NCBI RefSeq assembly: GCF_006345805.1
Contig: NC_043002.1
Location: forward strand, 7,998,001-8,062,000
Direction: 5' to 3'
Length of the DNA: 64,000 bases
Source: Octopus sinensis
Taxonomy: Eukaryota
Within the stretch, counting starts at the first letter, position 1. Every line of letters begins with the position of its first letter. The notes beneath the pieces were generated by a model. That model was not told the DNA's origin. It saw only the letters and a program-made list of their open reading frames with translations, and ran no database searches. The position numbers were made by a program, and so were the translations under genes. This document shows positions 60,674 to 64,000 of this stretch, in pieces.

Positions 60674-61445
60674 TAGTTTTATTTTTATAGCGTGCTTTCA
60701 CTTCACTACCGAGCGCAGCTCTGTGTGCCTTGGGTATGTGCTGTGATTTGTTGTGATGCTCTGATGGTTATTGTATGGAAAGTGTTCTGCGTAGGATGTG
60801 TGCAGTGCCTAGTAGTGCAATTTTCTGTATGTTATATGCGTTTGTAAGTCCTGGTGTTTTTGTTATGTATTTGCCTGAATATTTTTTTCATGCCTAATGC
60901 ACCTACTATGATAGGAATTGTTTCTGTTTCAGATTCACCACATTCTAGTTACCTCTGTTTCCAGGTCTTTGTATTTTGAGAGTTTCTCATTTCTTTTAGA
61001 GACACGTTGTCATCTGCCGGTATTGATACATCAATTAGAAAGCATTTTTTTTCTTCATGATCTCTGACAACTATATCTGGCTGTTGGCCTTAATTTCTCT
61101 ATCTGTGTGTATCGGCATATCCCAGAGTATGGTTGCTTTCTCGTTTTCTGTGACCTTTTCTGGTGTGTGCCTATACCATCTTTTTTCTGTTGTTATTCCA
61201 TAATGTTGGCATAGCTTCCAATGTATGTAGGTTCCAACTCTGTCATGTCTGTGAATATATTCCTTCTTAGCCAGGACTGGGCAGCTAGAGATAATATGAT
61301 TTATTGCTTCTTGTCCATCTCCACATATTCTGCAGTTACTTGTAATATTTCTTTTCATTACATGTTTTTGGTAATTTCTGGTGGGGAGGCTTTGGTCTTG
61401 TGCTGCAATTAAAAATCCCTCTGTTTCTGCTTTGAGTCCTGAGCT
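60670..61445 (-). pseudogene. R4/Dong-clade RLE LINE, 5'-truncated 3' end
   Basis: GLKAETEGFLIAAQDQSLPTR, CCHC knuckle CRICGDGQEAINHIISSC, RHDRV, and NRPDIVVRD (1-nt frameshift near 61080); (TAA)n at both ends. Confidence 0.88.
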
Positions 61446-61584
61446 TTATTATTATTATCATTATTATTATTATCTTTCAAGACATTAAGGTAAAGTACCA
61501 GCAAATTTCTGATATCGATATAATCAAATGTTTCTTACATGGCCGTGGCCTATGCAAGAAATTATCATCAGCAGCAGCAGCAGT

Positions 61585-61915
61585 AGGAGGCGCAATGGCC
61601 CAGTGGTTAGGGCAGCGGACTCGCGGTCAGAGGTACGCGGTTTCGATTCCCAGACCGGGGAAAAACACCTAAAGCTCCACGAGGCTCCGGCAGAGGGTGG
61701 TGGCGACCCCTGTTGTACTCTTTCGCCCCAACTTTCTCTCACTCTTTCTTCCTGTTTCTTGTCCCCGACTTCCTACGCAACCGCTGAGCCTGGATGCGCA
61801 TTCATCCTTCCGTCGATGCTCTCGGTGTCGGGGGTTGACCTGCTTTCTCTTCTGCGCGTCTTACGAATAGCAAAGGACCACGTTTCGGACCGCTCGGACC
61901 GGACCGCTCAACAGC
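61585..61915 (+). mobile_element. tRNA(Arg)-like SINE, family D
   Basis: GGCGCAATGGCCCAGTGGTTAGGGCAGCGGACTCGCGG...GGTTTCGATTCCC; ends in (CAACAG)n. Confidence 0.82.
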
Positions 61916-62559
61916 AACAGCAACAGCAATGGTGATAGCACAGCAACAGCAGCAACGGTATTAACGGCAGGAAAAACAGTAGCGACAGTAGTAGCAGCGA
62001 CAGTAATGGCGGGGACACCAGCAATATCAACAGCGACAACGACAATGATGAGGCTTCTTTTGCTGGAGTGGTCTCCTCAACAGTACTATAGAGTCTCTCC
62101 TGACAAGATAAGTGGGCGAGATTAGAAGATATCGCTAGATTGAGAAAAGTTGAGGGGAGAAGAATGCAGTTTGTGTTACTTCCTTAAAATTTTACTGCAA
62201 CTGCTAGAAAGACAATAATATATCGTTGCGTTATTTTAAAAACTCGTCGCCTGAAAAAAGGTCCCTAACCCTAACCCTTGTCGCATGGTAAATAGGCCCA
62301 TCTGTGATAAATGGCAGGACATCGATTATATATCAAGAGAAAAGTATTTCTGCTTCGTCGAGGACTTATTTAAGACTGAGGTCTTCGCATTACAACATTA
62401 AGTAATCGCATTCTGAAGCACACTTTCTTAATTATTTTTAAAGAATGGTGGTAAAGGTCATAATACAGCATGTACCACCAAAACTAGATCTCTGGTGGAA
62501 TCTAGTATGCGTAGTGTTGACGGGAAGCGAAGTGAAAGAACTGGTTTGCAATCACACTG

Positions 62560-63850
62560 GAGGTTCTTTGTCATGTAAAACGTGAGCAGATAGAAAGGCA
62601 CCCAAACCTAATCTCCCTACCGAATGGTGTAGGATAACGATAAATTATGAAGAACAGGCGATCGAGATGCCATGTTTATGCGACAACTGACAATCGTCCG
62701 AACAGCCAAAACAAGGAAGAGTAAAGGAGGGCCTCACTGCTATAGAAATCGTCGCTGCAACAACAACAATAACAACAACAGCAACGGGTCTATCCACGAC
62801 AACCCACACCTCATGCGATACATCATACAGAGAGGATAAAGAAACTGGCACGAGTAGGACGCTGATCAATTTACATCAATAAAAATCTTTCGATAGAATT
62901 GACCACCAATATTTGGCGGCTATTCTCACAATATCCGGTTTTGGTCCCGACTTTCCCGGTTGGATTGGCGAAATGTACAGTGACATCTTTTCGGTGGTTC
63001 GGTTGAATACTCACGTATCGGTATCATTCATCATCATGCACTCGGTCCATCAAGGTTGTTACCTCTCGTCGGAAGCTAGAGAGGTTGGGCGACATCCCGC
63101 GTAAGCTGGGATGTGGAAGAACCGTTTCGGCCTACGAAGACAACGTCATCGTTATAGTGTTGGATACCAAGCATATAGTGGTGATTCGAACTGTTTTAAA
63201 GAGATTGTATGCGGTGTCAGGAGCACAAGTCAACTATGAAAAATAAGTGGACCTCTACCTTGGCACCTGGAAAAGCTAGCCTATGTCGTCCAAAACTGTG
63301 AAGCACTAGCGAGATGGTCCAGTGAAATTGCTTGGGGTCTGATTTGGTCCATATCTCCTAATGGACAAGAACTAGGACGAGGGGACGAGCAGTATCACCT
63401 ATCTCAGCCTGAAAGAAGCCGAAAGAAAGCAGATCCCGAAAGGTCGGAGAGAAATAGCAAATGCTTGCGCCGCTTCAATCATACATTACAGCCTAACCGT
63501 CACACCTTCCCCATTTTACGTTCCACAAAGACTGAAGCACCTACTCTCCCGCTTTCTGTAGAAGAGACTTGCTCAACAGTTTACGTGCTCTGTTTGTTGC
63601 CAACATCTAATGAGTGGATAACTGGGCATACCGTGGTAATGATGCGCTGACATGTGCTGAGACTACATCTCCAAAGTCTCCTTGAGGCAGGTATGGTCGC
63701 TGTTAGGCGCACTTTTTTGCAGTTCATTTCATTGATAGAGTGGCCGTCCTGGATCAAATGTAGCCCGATACCTGATACTGGGATCGAATATAATCGAATA
63801 ACCCCACTCCCTTACCATTGCTGGCCTTGTGTCAAAGTTTGAAGCAATTT
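62560..63850 (+). pseudogene. L1/Tx1-clade LINE ORF2 relic
   Basis: ALINL.Q.KSFDRIDHQYL..GFGPDF.GWI..MYSDI.SVVRLN...VHQGC.LS and AY.D.V match Tx1/L1 RT; many stops and frameshifts. Confidence 0.85.
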
Positions 63851-64000
63851 TTTTGTTGCTCTTGTCTGGGCGGTGGATTGACTAAATCGTTAGCGCTGCG
63901 AAAAAATGCGTTTAGATTTTGATTTCAAATCTTGCTAAGGTCAACTTAGCCCTTCTTCCTTCAAGAGTCAATTAAATTATACAGCAGACATATGGCAACA

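Noticed and set aside
62265-62280. CCCTAACCCTAACCCT as an interstitial telomere
   Set aside because: Fewer than three units; such short runs occur inside transposon-derived sequence, as at 48895.

Overview
This is an AT-rich eukaryotic intergenic or intronic window with no recognisable host exon. The SINE families and repeat spectrum suggest an octopus genome (inference from memory, not a database hit). Almost all ORF-track entries are microsatellite artefacts. The real content is mobile DNA: at least four tRNA-derived SINE families (more than 25 copies, three head-to-tail arrays), relics of CR1, RTE, R4/Dong and L1/Tx1 LINEs, and several Penelope-like element (PLE) fragments. It also holds two DD34D mariner copies, a DD37D/maT-like relic, a hAT-Charlie deletion derivative, a Merlin-type MITE, fold-back MITEs and non-autonomous Helitrons. 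The most interesting signal is a set of self-cleaving-RNA candidates. A type I hammerhead with a fully canonical core and a perfect 12-bp stem II lies at 42248-42348, and a decayed hammerhead lies about 300 bp upstream. A convergent pair of variant minimal hammerheads sits at 16846-17160, and an HDV-like fold marks the 5' end of a short retroposon at 57953-58064. A second copy of that retroposon shows a twin-priming inversion with a 13-bp TSD. Coordinates of degenerate repeats are approximate. Ribozyme activity is predicted from hand folding only.
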